64,000 nt of DNA from Alkalispirochaeta sp. GTDB lineage: Bacteria > Spirochaetota > Spirochaetia > DSM-27196 > Alkalispirochaetaceae. This document shows positions 39,963 to 49,828 of this stretch, piece by piece. The stretch lies in contig CBDESZ010000034.1 of assembly GCA_965242725.1 (NCBI GenBank), positions 32,001 through 96,000 of the forward strand, in the 5' to 3' direction. The position numbers and the translations under genes are program-made. The notes below the pieces were generated by a model that was given only the letters and a program-made list of their open reading frames with translations, made no database searches and had not been told where the DNA came from. Numbering within the stretch: position 1 is the first letter of the stretch; every line of letters begins with the position of its first letter.

Positions 39963-41249
39963 ATGTACAAATACGTCATAGACGGTGGCCATCCGATAAA
40001 GGGAACGATACAAGCATCGGGAAACAAGAACGCGGCGCTCCCCTGTATCGCGGCCACGCTCCTTACGGAGGAACCGGTCACGCTGTCCAACGTACCCGAT
40101 ATCGAAGACGTCCACGTCATGGCGGAAATCCTCTCGAGTCTTGGAGTAACGGCGCGGCAAGAGAAGCCCAATACATGGCATTTCGACGCATCCACCCTGC
40201 GTACATCGGAGATTACACCGGAAATGGCGCAGAAAATCCGTGCCTCCATTCTCTTTGCGGGCCCCCTTCTTGCGCGTACCGGTTCGGTGATCCTTCCGCC
40301 GCCGGGGGGTGACGTGATCGGACGACGGCGGCTGGATACTCATTTTCTCGCGCTGGAGGGACTGGGAGCGGAGGTTCGTCACAACGGCACATTTATGCTG
40401 AACGCCCGGGAACTGCGGGGAGACGAGCTCTTCCTGGACGAAGCGTCGGTAACCGCCACGGAAAATGCAGTCATGGCCGCCGCCCTCGCCCGGGGCAGTA
40501 CGGTGATAGAGAACGCCGCGAGTGAACCTCACGTCCAGGACCTGTGTCGCATGTTGAATCAAATGGGTGCCAAAATCACGGGAATCGGATCCAACATCCT
40601 CAGGATCGAGGGGGTTTCCCGACTGGAGGGCACGGAGTTTGAACTGGGTGCAGATTTTATGGAAGTCGGCAGTTTTATCGGGCTGGCTGCCGTAACCCGG
40701 GGAGATCTTACAATTCAGCGGGCGGGGGTACGAAACCTCAAAATGACGCGAATAGCCTTCAACCGCCTCGGTATACACTGGGATACCGACGGCGATACGA
40801 TCCACGTACCATCCCAGCAGCGACTACAGGTTGAGCCCGACCTGGGGGGTATGGTTCCGAAAATTGACGACAGCCCGTGGCCCGGTTTTCCCGCCGATCT
40901 GACGAGTATCATGACCGTCGTCGCAACGCAGGTGGAAGGTACGATTCTCATCCATGAAAAGATGTTCGAATCGCGAATGTTTTTTGTCGACAAACTGATC
41001 GGGATGGGCGCGCGCATCGTCCTCTGCGATCCCCACCGTGCGGTGGTGAGCGGTCCGTCCCGCCTGAGCGGCTCTCCGCTGACCTCGCCCGATGTCCGGG
41101 CGGGTATGGCCATGGTCATTGCCGCCCTATGTGCGGAAGGTCGCAGCGTCATACACAACGTCTACCAAATAGAACGGGGATATGAGCATTTGACGCGTCG
41201 ATTACGGTCCCTGGGGGCACAGATCCAGCGGGTTACCGTTTCTGAGTGA
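39963..41249 (+). CDS. murA: UDP-N-acetylglucosamine 1-carboxyvinyltransferase (Asp-type active site)
   Basis: [41 protein letters not shown]. Confidence 0.96.
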   Translation: MYKYVIDGGHPIKGTIQASGNKNAALPCIAATLLTEEPVTLSNVPDIEDVHVMAEILSSLGVTARQEKPNTWHFDASTLRTSEITPEMAQKIRASILFAGPLLARTGSVILPPPGGDVIGRRRLDTHFLALEGLGAEVRHNGTFMLNARELRGDELFLDEASVTATENAVMAAALARGSTVIENAASEPHVQDLCRMLNQMGAKITGIGSNILRIEGVSRLEGTEFELGADFMEVGSFIGLAAVTRGDLTIQRAGVRNLKMTRIAFNRLGIHWDTDGDTIHVPSQQRLQVEPDLGGMVPKIDDSPWPGFPADLTSIMTVVATQVEGTILIHEKMFESRMFFVDKLIGMGARIVLCDPHRAVVSGPSRLSGSPLTSPDVRAGMAMVIAALCAEGRSVIHNVYQIERGYEHLTRRLRSLGAQIQRVTVSE

Positions 41250-41664
41250 TTCCCCGCTCCTGATCGGCGAGTTGTGCGTTCAACGTGTCGTAGGCGTCTT
41301 TTATGCGGATAAAGGCCCGTTCTAGCTCCGCGCGCTGATGGTCGTCCAGGGCAAGGCTGGTATCGGGATGCAGATTGGTCGCCAGACGGCGGTACACCCG
41401 TTTCAGTTCACTTCGGTTGACCGACGGTGCGACGCCCAGGATTCGACAGGAGAGGGGATCCAGAACGGCAGTTCCCCCGCTTCGGCTTTCCGCCGTGTTT
41501 CCCGATTCTCCTGATCGACGGGCGATGCGAAACTGGTCGACCAGCGAGCCCACAAGAAACCCGAAGAGCACTCCGCCTATTCCGGCGGGAATGCCTATGA
41601 CGATTCCCAGGATTCTGCCGATGTGGCGTGTTCCGATCGTGGGAAACGGGAAGCGTACCTTCAT
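41233..41664 (-). CDS. Small membrane-anchored J-domain protein (DjlA-like, without TerB domain)
   Basis: Gly-rich N-terminal TM; ILGV...YRRLA..LHPD...F.RIKDAY. Confidence 0.85.
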   Translation of the reverse strand: MKVRFPFPTIGTRHIGRILGIVIGIPAGIGGVLFGFLVGSLVDQFRIARRSGESGNTAESRSGGTAVLDPLSCRILGVAPSVNRSELKRVYRRLATNLHPDTSLALDDHQRAELERAFIRIKDAYDTLNAQLADQERGITQKR

Positions 41665-43415
41665 GGTTCCACCCGACGCTTGGCTAGATACATAATCGTC
41701 CCGACAAGAACGGCAAAAAAGACGACAAAGATCGCAGTAACGACTCCACCGCCGGAAAGGCGCAGGGACAGTCCATTTACGAGCAGTGAGAGCAGGAATT
41801 TTGGCACGCCCCGGGCCCACCATAAAAGAAACGGAATAAGGGGAATCACTGCGAGGGCAAAAAGTGGGGGCCGCTCCAGGTAGGCGCTCCGATGACGCCA
41901 CGCCAGGGCGACGGAACCGAAGGTCAGGACAAAAAAACCGACCAAAGCCATTATCCGTTGCGCCGCACCGTTGATTGCCGTCGCCTCGGACCGCCCAAAC
42001 TCCCGGAAGAGCTCCGGTAATCCCAGGAGATCGGGCAAAGCCACGGTCGGCACGTCATACCCCCCCGTGGACAGAAGGACGATCTCCTCCACCGTAGGTA
42101 CGACGGGAATGTATCCGGGTATCTCCCCTTCTCCCCCAAGCAGAACGGGGTTGTGTATGCGCCCCTCATCACTGGATCCGACATTGTCACGTTCAATGGC
42201 ACGAAAAAAGAGGTTTCCTTCGATCCACTTCGCGTAGTCGGCGTGAAAATGGAGGGGGCCGTCGCGGGTATTACGATAGACCTCTACATCATAGAGAAAA
42301 TCTCCCACCGGTGATTGAACAAGTCGGTCCGCGGCGATGTATTCTGAGATATCCCCACCGTGCCTGTTCTGAAAAAAGATATCGTTTCTGCTTGTAAAAC
42401 TCGGAGTGCCGTAGAGCCTGGCATCCTCCACAAAAAAGGAAATCCTGCGGACCTCTTCTTCAGCGGCGGCACTGAACCGCTGAATATCCGGATCATTCGG
42501 GGCGCGCTGTTGAAGTTCCTGAAACCTGAAAAAGGCGAGAACCAGTGCTTCGGGATTCTCTTCCGGGCTTCCCCGTGTCAGGAGCTGATACGCTTCGATC
42601 TTGTCCCGGAACAGATCGCGGGCGGGATCGTCCTGAATCTCAAAAGACTCACCCTCAATTGCATTGAGAGCCCGTGCCTGAATGACCCGGGCATCCCGTC
42701 GACCGTCGGACATCTCCACGGCGCGGGTGGCAAAGTAATGGGCGCTGAAATAGTTACCTTCATCGTAATACCGTCGTGCACGATCCAGGAGTTCAGCGAC
42801 GCTGAGCGCCCGCACTTCCGGAACACGCTCATTTGCACCGGCAAGACCACGGGCGGAACCGGACTGTCTCATTCGTGCATTGATGGAACGCGTACTGAGT
42901 TCGCCACGAACGTCATTGAGGAACGCCTGAACTTCATCATCCGGACCCATCACCGAGAGGTAAATTTCCGCGTATCGCTGGGCGGTGTGGAGATTTCCCG
43001 TATCCCGGGCCTGACGCGCATCATCCCAGGCCGTGCGGGCTACGCGGCTGCGGTAAAGTATCTGTTCTATACGGACATGCTGACGCGGTCCGATCACACC
43101 GATCCACACCCCGTACAACACTCCCAGAATCAGGATGAAGATAATCACCGGCCGCGCCGCAGAGATGAGCGTACCTTTCACGCGCATGTCGAGAGGGCCG
43201 ACGGCGACGGAAAAGGTGACGATCGCCGCGGAGGCGACTACCAGAGGGAAATGGCTGAAAAAGGTGACGAGCCAGGAACTGAGGAGATAGTCCCGCTCCC
43301 ACTCTTCCGCAACTTCCACGATCGCCAGTGTTGAGATCGCGTCGTAGACGGCGAATCCCCCGGCAATCAACAATGAGACGACCAGTATGACGGTAAAACG
43401 CGCAGGAACGCTCAT
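41661..43415 (-). CDS. Membrane protein, 3TM + large periplasmic (TPR-like and beta) region + 3TM; possibly a divergent LptF/LptG family member
   Basis: Hydropathy pattern read by eye; ATGA overlaps with both neighbours. Confidence 0.6.
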   Translation of the reverse strand: MSVPARFTVILVVSLLIAGGFAVYDAISTLAIVEVAEEWERDYLLSSWLVTFFSHFPLVVASAAIVTFSVAVGPLDMRVKGTLISAARPVIIFILILGVLYGVWIGVIGPRQHVRIEQILYRSRVARTAWDDARQARDTGNLHTAQRYAEIYLSVMGPDDEVQAFLNDVRGELSTRSINARMRQSGSARGLAGANERVPEVRALSVAELLDRARRYYDEGNYFSAHYFATRAVEMSDGRRDARVIQARALNAIEGESFEIQDDPARDLFRDKIEAYQLLTRGSPEENPEALVLAFFRFQELQQRAPNDPDIQRFSAAAEEEVRRISFFVEDARLYGTPSFTSRNDIFFQNRHGGDISEYIAADRLVQSPVGDFLYDVEVYRNTRDGPLHFHADYAKWIEGNLFFRAIERDNVGSSDEGRIHNPVLLGGEGEIPGYIPVVPTVEEIVLLSTGGYDVPTVALPDLLGLPELFREFGRSEATAINGAAQRIMALVGFFVLTFGSVALAWRHRSAYLERPPLFALAVIPLIPFLLWWARGVPKFLLSLLVNGLSLRLSGGGVVTAIFVVFFAVLVGTIMYLAKRRVEP

Positions 43416-44356
43416 CGAGACCGACCCTCCTCACCTATTTCCCGTTGCCACCGGCCGAGGGGGACTAAAAAGAACGATACAAACAGCAGCAAAAGGGCGA
43501 TTCCGGTCCAGAGCAGCGTAAAGGGATAGACATGCAGCGTGGCCGGAAAGAACGCGGGCAGTGAAATTGCCGCCAGAAGTTCCGCGACGATCGTCTGCTC
43601 GGCCGACGAAGGAATCGCCGGAATGAGTCGGAGATATCCCACCGCCACGGCGATGTTGAGAAGTGGCCACCGGAAGAGGCGCGCAGGTGTCCAGACTGCG
43701 AGGAGGGCCAGAACAAAGGCGCCCCAGAGATAGGACAGCTCCATGAAATCACGCTGGACCATCGAACGGTGAAGCAGCAGAAATAACGCCGTCACCTCAT
43801 TCGCCAATTTTCCGAGAAAGGACGGAACGGAACGCCACCGGAGTTCCGGGAAGTGGTCCGCCGACAGGGATGTGCCGTCGGGGAAAACGATGCGTGACGC
43901 TTCCGCGTTCCACGTACCCTTCTCATGGTGAGTGATCGTCGGGATATCACGATGGGACACGACGAGAATATCCGACAGGGCAACACCGGTGGCGGCGCCG
44001 ATGCGAAGAGAATAATCGTCTCCGTTGATTATTACCCCCACGGGTATTCGCCGTTGCAGCCCGCCGTCCGGTACATTCCGGCCGGCCAGGGAATGGATTG
44101 CAGATATTCCAAAAAGAAGAACTCCAATCGAAACACCCAGGACCAGAAGAAACAACCAGGAGTTCCGGGACGTCCGCACACCCCGGAGGACCGAGGCAAG
44201 GACCGCGGGAAACAGGGCTGCCGTCAGGATCGGTCCGGCCGCGGCCAGGACGCTTGCCGTCGCCGGATCGTAGAGCCATACACCGAAAGCAATAAGCACC
44301 CCAAAGGCGACCATATGGAACAGGAATACGACCGGCACCGTCATGAGGTGTTTCAC
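43412..44356 (-). CDS. Membrane protein, 3TM + beta-rich loop + 3TM; possibly a divergent LptF/LptG family member
   Basis: Hydropathy pattern; GGAG RBS with GTG start. Confidence 0.6.
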   Translation of the reverse strand: MKHLMTVPVVFLFHMVAFGVLIAFGVWLYDPATASVLAAAGPILTAALFPAVLASVLRGVRTSRNSWLFLLVLGVSIGVLLFGISAIHSLAGRNVPDGGLQRRIPVGVIINGDDYSLRIGAATGVALSDILVVSHRDIPTITHHEKGTWNAEASRIVFPDGTSLSADHFPELRWRSVPSFLGKLANEVTALFLLLHRSMVQRDFMELSYLWGAFVLALLAVWTPARLFRWPLLNIAVAVGYLRLIPAIPSSAEQTIVAELLAAISLPAFFPATLHVYPFTLLWTGIALLLLFVSFFLVPLGRWQREIGEEGRSR

Positions 44357-44387
44357 AGGAGCTCCAGATTAGCACGTTGACCACGAG

Positions 44388-44631
44388 TTTTCCACATCTT
44401 TTCCACACCCTTCGGCGTCGGATTGGCTACCAAATTGTAATGGCTATGTAGCAAATTGACACAATATTTTCCCGCCATACCTCTTGACAGGAAGTAAATG
44501 CTTATATGGTATAGATTTAAATTCTCGACTCTTCGCCGTACAGGCAGCGTTATGTGGTTTGCATATACGGAAGATCCATGGTAAAGGCTTATACCATCAA
44601 AAGATCTGGAGTTATCCACTACTTTTCCACA
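44388..44631 (+). promoter_or_regulatory. DnaA-box cluster (two tandem pairs flanking an AT-rich spacer)
   Basis: TTTTCCACA at 44388, 44399 and 44623; TTATCCACT at 44612. Confidence 0.55.
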
Positions 44632-45263
44632 TTCAAATTAGAAATATTTACCGTCTCGGTAACGAGTCGGTATCCCTTGCCCCTGACAGTCTCTATCAAC
44701 CGTCCGTAGGAGCCCAGTACACGCCGCAATCGGGAAATCTGAATGTCAATCGCTCGTGATGATGTGAGTTGTCCGGTTCGTACATTTCCGCTCACTTCGG
44801 GGTTCATTACAAGTTCAAACAGGCGTTCCCGTTCCACCGCGACGCCGGGGCGTTGAGAAAGGGCATGCCACAGGACGGCGTGAGTACGTGAGAGAACAAA
44901 GCTTTCGTCTCCGATAGTAATTACGTTACCCATAACCTCACGCCGTTTTTGAAGGAGGCGGTAGACCCGGACCGTGAGTTCAATCTCCGTCCAGGGAGAA
45001 CACAGGTATTCGTCCGCACCGAGGAGAAATACCCGCTCCATGTCCTCCGGCACTCCGTAACCGCACCTGATTGAGCTTGCAGCCTGATCCCACAAGTCGG
45101 TACCGGCAATTCCGCCGGGTGCAACCACTACATCCGGTTTTCGTTCAACATGGTGTGACGCGAGATGGAGCGGTACGATTATCGTATTGGAGTCGTTCCG
45201 GAGCGCCTTTGCTGCCTTTCGAACTGACGGCGAACCGTCGTCCAGTACCAGCAGAAAGCCCAT
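44619..45263 (-). CDS. Atypical OmpR-family regulator (degenerate receiver + winged helix)
   Basis: LVLDD, GADEYL, SRAIDIQISRLRRVL, IETVRGKGYRL; lacks the phospho-Asp (DVVVA) and the conserved Lys (YLCSPW). Confidence 0.82.
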   Translation of the reverse strand: MGFLLVLDDGSPSVRKAAKALRNDSNTIIVPLHLASHHVERKPDVVVAPGGIAGTDLWDQAASSIRCGYGVPEDMERVFLLGADEYLCSPWTEIELTVRVYRLLQKRREVMGNVITIGDESFVLSRTHAVLWHALSQRPGVAVERERLFELVMNPEVSGNVRTGQLTSSRAIDIQISRLRRVLGSYGRLIETVRGKGYRLVTETVNISNLNVEK

Positions 45264-45271
45264 CTGCGTCC

Positions 45272-46042
45272 TTAGGAATCACCTTCTCCGGAGTTCGGAG
45301 ACTGTTCCTGGTTGATGGATCGTTTCAGTTCTTCCAGCGACCGATCAATATCGTCACCGGCCGTGACCGTCTCACCGGCGTTGATTTTCTTTCTGAGATC
45401 TTCCAGGAGGGCGTCGCCGTCCGGCCGCTCCAGCGCGGCAATCTGGTCTGCAAGACTCTTGTCGCTGTTTCCCTGATCCAGTTCCGCGAGGGTGTCGCTT
45501 TCTATTTCCAGTTGCTCCACCCGTTTTGACATTTCGTCAAAGGCGTCGAAAGCGGAGGTATCACCGAGCCCGTGAATGAGTTCCTGGATCTTCTTTTGCG
45601 CTTCCGCGCGCTTGGCCCGCGCCACGAGAAGGTTCTTTTTGCGTTGCGCTTCTTCAATCCGATCCTGAAGTTCCCGGAGGGACGATTTCAACTGTTCCAC
45701 CGCGGCGTGCTGTTTGTCGTACTGACCCGCCAGTTGCTCCGCGTATTCCGATTCACGCTGCTTGCGAACCAGCGCCTCCCGGGCGAGGTCCTCTTTTCCC
45801 GCTTTCAACGCCACCACGGCCCGACCTTCCCATTCCTCGGCCCGTCGGCGCTGCTCCTCGACGTGACGCTGGAGGCGTTTCTCTTCAGTGATCGCCGTAG
45901 CCACATTGCGCTTGGCATCGGTGAGCTGCTTGTTCATATCGAGAATGAGCTGATTGAGCATTTTTTCGGGATTTTCGGCTCTCCGCACGGCGTCATTCAC
46001 GTTGGATCTGAGCAGCCTGCGCAATCGTTCAAACATTCCCAT
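45272..46042 (-). CDS. pspA: PspA/IM30 family protein
   Basis: MGMFERLRRLLRSNVN, ENPEKMLNQ, GKEDLAREAL; coiled coil. Confidence 0.93.
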   Translation of the reverse strand: MGMFERLRRLLRSNVNDAVRRAENPEKMLNQLILDMNKQLTDAKRNVATAITEEKRLQRHVEEQRRRAEEWEGRAVVALKAGKEDLAREALVRKQRESEYAEQLAGQYDKQHAAVEQLKSSLRELQDRIEEAQRKKNLLVARAKRAEAQKKIQELIHGLGDTSAFDAFDEMSKRVEQLEIESDTLAELDQGNSDKSLADQIAALERPDGDALLEDLRKKINAGETVTAGDDIDRSLEELKRSINQEQSPNSGEGDS

Positions 46043-46066
46043 TACCGTTTCTACCGTCTCTCCATA

Positions 46067-46621
46067 TCATCCGAGAAAGACTTGTCCGCTCGCATCGATG
46101 GCGAGGATCGTCTTGCAGTTTGAACATCGAAATCGTCCCGGTTTGGACGCCTTCAATTTTGTCGAACAAATGGGACATTTAAAAATCTTCGGAAAGACTT
46201 CCGACGACTGCTGGGCCTGGCCACCTTTGGAAAAGTGTTCAACCGCATCGTCCAGGGAGTCCTTGATATGGAAGAATTGCGAAAAACCGAGAAGCTGAAA
46301 CACCTCATACACTTTTGGCTGTATTTCCAGAAGGACCAGATCGCCGCCCTTCGGTTTTACCGCTTTGAGGAATGCCGTGAATGAACCGATTCCGGTACTG
46401 GAAACGTAATTCAATCCGCCGCAGTGAAAGATGAGGCGACTGAACCCTGATTCAATTGCCCGATTCACCCGTTTCTGAAAAAAATTGGAGTTGTAGGTAT
46501 CAATATATCCGGTGAGATAAAGGACTACACAACCTTCGACGCTGTCGATTTTTTGCAGCCTGATCTTAAGACTTTCATCTTTTTCTTCATCAAAGCCCGG
46601 AACGATGTCGTTATTGTTCAT
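46067..46621 (-). CDS. STAS (anti-sigma antagonist) protein with C-terminal Zn ribbon
   Basis: LTGYIDTYN, LNYVSSTGIG, VFQLLGF; CPIC...CSNC. Confidence 0.9.
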   Translation of the reverse strand: MNNNDIVPGFDEEKDESLKIRLQKIDSVEGCVVLYLTGYIDTYNSNFFQKRVNRAIESGFSRLIFHCGGLNYVSSTGIGSFTAFLKAVKPKGGDLVLLEIQPKVYEVFQLLGFSQFFHIKDSLDDAVEHFSKGGQAQQSSEVFPKIFKCPICSTKLKASKPGRFRCSNCKTILAIDASGQVFLG

Positions 46622-46648
46622 ACTCGTCGCTTCTTCCTGGATTTTTTA

Positions 46649-46677
46649 ATAGTAGAGTGGCGCTCGGAAATTGTCAA
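46649..46677 (-). promoter_or_regulatory. sigma70 promoter of STAS-pspA operon
   Basis: TTGACA-17 nt-TACTAT. Confidence 0.7.
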
Positions 46678-46715
46678 ACCGCGGCTCTCCCCCCTGACGC
46701 CCCTGGCGCGTTCCA

Positions 46716-47474
46716 TTACAGCAATCCCTGATCGATGGTAATAATCGACCCGTTTATATCCGGTTCTTCGGCAAGTATGAGCTCATTTATTAGCCGAGCC
46801 ACACGTTCCGGCTGAATAAGGGACTCCCGCGGCGATTTTCGCCGCGCTTCCTCCCTGTCCGCCTGGGAGAGGTACTCAGTATCCACATATCCCGGAGATA
46901 TCAGATTTACCGTTACATTTTTTCCCCGTGTGTCGGCGGCGGCGGATTTGCAGAGGCTTACAACTCCCGCCTTTGCCGCGGCGTACGCCGGAATGCCCCG
47001 GAAGCCCCGGTGCTGGTCGGCGCGGGGACCGCCGAAAAGGATGATACGCCCCCACTTCCGTTCAACCATTTCCGGCAGATATCGGGAGACAAGAATTCCC
47101 GGCAGGGTGAGGTTCAATTCTACAACGGTGCTCCATACGTCGGGCGAAGTGGTACCCAGGGAGGAGTACTCGACGGGCCCCATGGCGACGACGAGAATAT
47201 CCACAGTTCCAAGGTCATCGAGGACGGGCAGAATATCCTCTCCTCGCGTGAGACGGCGAAACAGGGGAGATGCCGAACCGCCGTGGTCCCGTATGTACTG
47301 AACGACCCGATCAAGCCGCTGCCGATCGTTCCCTCCATGACAGATGACATGGGCCCCCTGCAATGCGAGGGCAACGGTTACGGCACGACCGATACCGCCG
47401 CTGCCGCCGATAATCAGAGCACGACGACCGGATAGACGGGAAGTATGATAATCCGCCCTCGTAAGGAGTCCCAT
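46716..47474 (-). CDS. SDR family oxidoreductase
   Basis: GGSGGIG, YAAAK, NLISPG. Confidence 0.9.
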   Translation of the reverse strand: MGLLTRADYHTSRLSGRRALIIGGSGGIGRAVTVALALQGAHVICHGGNDRQRLDRVVQYIRDHGGSASPLFRRLTRGEDILPVLDDLGTVDILVVAMGPVEYSSLGTTSPDVWSTVVELNLTLPGILVSRYLPEMVERKWGRIILFGGPRADQHRGFRGIPAYAAAKAGVVSLCKSAAADTRGKNVTVNLISPGYVDTEYLSQADREEARRKSPRESLIQPERVARLINELILAEEPDINGSIITIDQGLL

Positions 47475-47525
47475 GGGCCTTACAATACTGTTGTCTTCCG
47501 CCGATGAGCAACCTATACTGCAGGT

Positions 47526-48044
47526 ATGAGACGGGCGATACTTCTATTGGTTGGAACGGTACTTACCATATCTTCGGCTGGTGCGCAGTCGGTGCAATCG
47601 GAAGGGATCCCGTCGCTCCTGGATTCACCCTCATCATTCAGAAGCGTCGTAGACATGTCGACAACCCTGCAGGATCTCACTCAGGCGCTCGATTCCGTCT
47701 CCCTGCTGGAGGAACTGTCCGGTCGCATTCTCATACTGGATGGAATGGTCAATTCAATCGCCGTCTACTCGGAAGATCCCAACGATTTCTACGTTGAAAT
47801 GGAACTCGTATCGGGCCGCTGGGAAGGCGTTGAATCGGTCCATATTTACAAGGCATACGTTTTCTTTGATGATCCGGCGTTTACGGGACGACTTTCCGAA
47901 AGAGCTCCCCGTGAACCCGATCCTTCCCTTACGACGCGAAACGATCGCGTCATCGTCGCCGGCCGCCTCGTCACCGTGGCAGAAGACCCGGAAGGTCGTC
48001 CTGTTCCCGTAATCCGCGCGTTTGAACTTCGACCACTTCGGTAG
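47526..48044 (+). CDS. Hypothetical exported protein (possible OB fold)
   Basis: Signal peptide ending AGA; DRVIVAG strand. Confidence 0.65.
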   Translation: MRRAILLLVGTVLTISSAGAQSVQSEGIPSLLDSPSSFRSVVDMSTTLQDLTQALDSVSLLEELSGRILILDGMVNSIAVYSEDPNDFYVEMELVSGRWEGVESVHIYKAYVFFDDPAFTGRLSERAPREPDPSLTTRNDRVIVAGRLVTVAEDPEGRPVPVIRAFELRPLR

Positions 48045-49200
48045 GGTTCTCTCCCGGCAAACATACTTCATCATCAAGTTCAATATGCCGCGTCTCTATC
48101 GTATCGCCGTCGGCGTAAACCAGCGCCCGGGCGAGAACACCGGACAGCTCCCGTACGTTTCCCGGCCAGGAGTGCGTATGAAACCACCGTATGACGTCGT
48201 GAGAGAGCCGTATGTTCCGATGTCCTCCGCGGGCAAGAAGATGATACGCAATCTCATCGACGTCCTCGATGTGGTCCCTGAGCGGCGGGACATCAATGCG
48301 AAGCCCCGCGAGACGATGCCAGAGATCACGGCGAAAGAGGCCCTTCCGCAAGAGACGCTTCATATTCTGATTCGTCGCGGAAATGACACGGACGGAAACG
48401 GGCCGGTCCGCCACACTCCCGACGGGTCTGACCGTTCCCGATTCAATGGCACGAAGGAGTTTGGGCTGGATGGTAACGGAGAGTTCTCCCACTTCATCAA
48501 GGAAGACGCTTCCACCGTGGGCGGAGCCGAAGATACCGGGACTCGTTTCAGAGGCACCGGTGTAGGCACCCTTGTGAACACCAAACATCTCGGACTCAAA
48601 AAGGGTTTCCGGAACTGCGGCAACGTTGACGACCCGGAGGGGTCCCTCTTTGCGAAGGGAGAGGCGATGGATGCTGTGGGCAACGAGCTCCTTCCCCACT
48701 CCCGTCTCTCCGGTTATCAGGACCGGTTCACTCGCCCGGGCGATCCGCCGGATTCTGTCACGCAGCGCGTTCATGGTGCGGCTGGATCCGACGAGGTAGG
48801 AACGTATCTCGGGAACGTCCCGAACGACGGAACACAGACTCTTGTATCGGGTAAGCGTTTCAAGAAGGGTCTCACGAATCATCCACGGCAGGGCGGAGTC
48901 GGGAAGACAGCGGTCGACTCCGCGGTGTGCCAGATCACCCGCCAGGAGAACGCCGCCCTCGGCGACGACGGCGAACAGGTATGTGTGGCGGCGCAGGCGT
49001 ACCGTCAGATCGATCAGTTCCCACAGCGCGTCCGTCGGTGTCCGGCCGTCTATAATGACCGCCGTAACCGGCTCAATGTTCTGACAGACGAGGCGCCAGC
49101 GATACTCCCGAAAGGACTCCACGACGACGGGGACATAAGACAAGAACGCATCCTCAAATCGCCTGGAAATCTGGCGGCAATTTGAAACGACCACGAACAT
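47971..49200 (-). CDS. sigma54-interaction AAA+ activator without C-terminal HTH
   Basis: GETGVGKE, ESEMFG, GAYTGA, FLDEVGE, FRRDL, WPGNVREL; start uncertain. Confidence 0.85.
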   Translation of the reverse strand: MFVVVSNCRQISRRFEDAFLSYVPVVVESFREYRWRLVCQNIEPVTAVIIDGRTPTDALWELIDLTVRLRRHTYLFAVVAEGGVLLAGDLAHRGVDRCLPDSALPWMIRETLLETLTRYKSLCSVVRDVPEIRSYLVGSSRTMNALRDRIRRIARASEPVLITGETGVGKELVAHSIHRLSLRKEGPLRVVNVAAVPETLFESEMFGVHKGAYTGASETSPGIFGSAHGGSVFLDEVGELSVTIQPKLLRAIESGTVRPVGSVADRPVSVRVISATNQNMKRLLRKGLFRRDLWHRLAGLRIDVPPLRDHIEDVDEIAYHLLARGGHRNIRLSHDVIRWFHTHSWPGNVRELSGVLARALVYADGDTIETRHIELDDEVCLPGENPTEVVEVQTRGLREQDDLPGLLPR

Positions 49201-49348
49201 ATTTGTTCCTTTGTCTTCGGAATGGTAATAAATAGTATAAATCACCTTTTTCAAGGACGGTCAAATATTTTGTTGATTTTGCAGGAGTTCGGAGTCGACT
49301 GTCACGGAGTCCTTTCATTCCGTATAATGGAGTGGAAAGGAACGGAAC

Positions 49349-49828
49349 GTGAGCCCCGAATGGTTGTACCTCCTGACGCTGCGCAGTCAATTGACCCGGA
49401 TTTTTTCTCTCCTGAGCGGTCTGGGGGTATTGATCCTTTTTGACGGTCTTATTCTCATCCGCCTCGCCCGGATTACCGGGATATATTACGCCCTGGCCCT
49501 TGAAGGAATCGTCTCGATCGTCGCGGCAGTTGTCCTGGGAAGTACGGCAAACTCACTCATCAGAAAGATCAGGGCCGACGCCGTAAACGGATCGTGCATA
49601 ATCTCCCGGTACGCCCGGCTCGCCGCCGTGGTGACGGCGGGTATCCTCCTCTTCATCCCCGGCTTTGCCACCGACGGTATCGGCCTGTTGATCTATCTTC
49701 CACCGGGAAGAATGCTTTACGCCCTTCTTTTCCGTCGCAGGAATGAAGAAACGGTGAAACGGTCCTATGAGTATCTCACGATGGAGCTGTTTGCTTCCCC
49801 TTCTTCCCGAGGCGAAGACGATGAATGA
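49349..49828 (+). CDS. FxsA family membrane protein
   Basis: AGILLFIPGFATDGIGLL motif; TATAAT and AAGGA upstream. Confidence 0.8.
   Translation: MSPEWLYLLTLRSQLTRIFSLLSGLGVLILFDGLILIRLARITGIYYALALEGIVSIVAAVVLGSTANSLIRKIRADAVNGSCIISRYARLAAVVTAGILLFIPGFATDGIGLLIYLPPGRMLYALLFRRRNEETVKRSYEYLTMELFASPSSRGEDDE

Noticed and set aside
44353..44759. Small ORFs 44353-44619(-) and 44484-44759(+)
   Set aside because: Atypical composition, no convincing RBS or motifs; the region is better explained as regulatory DNA.
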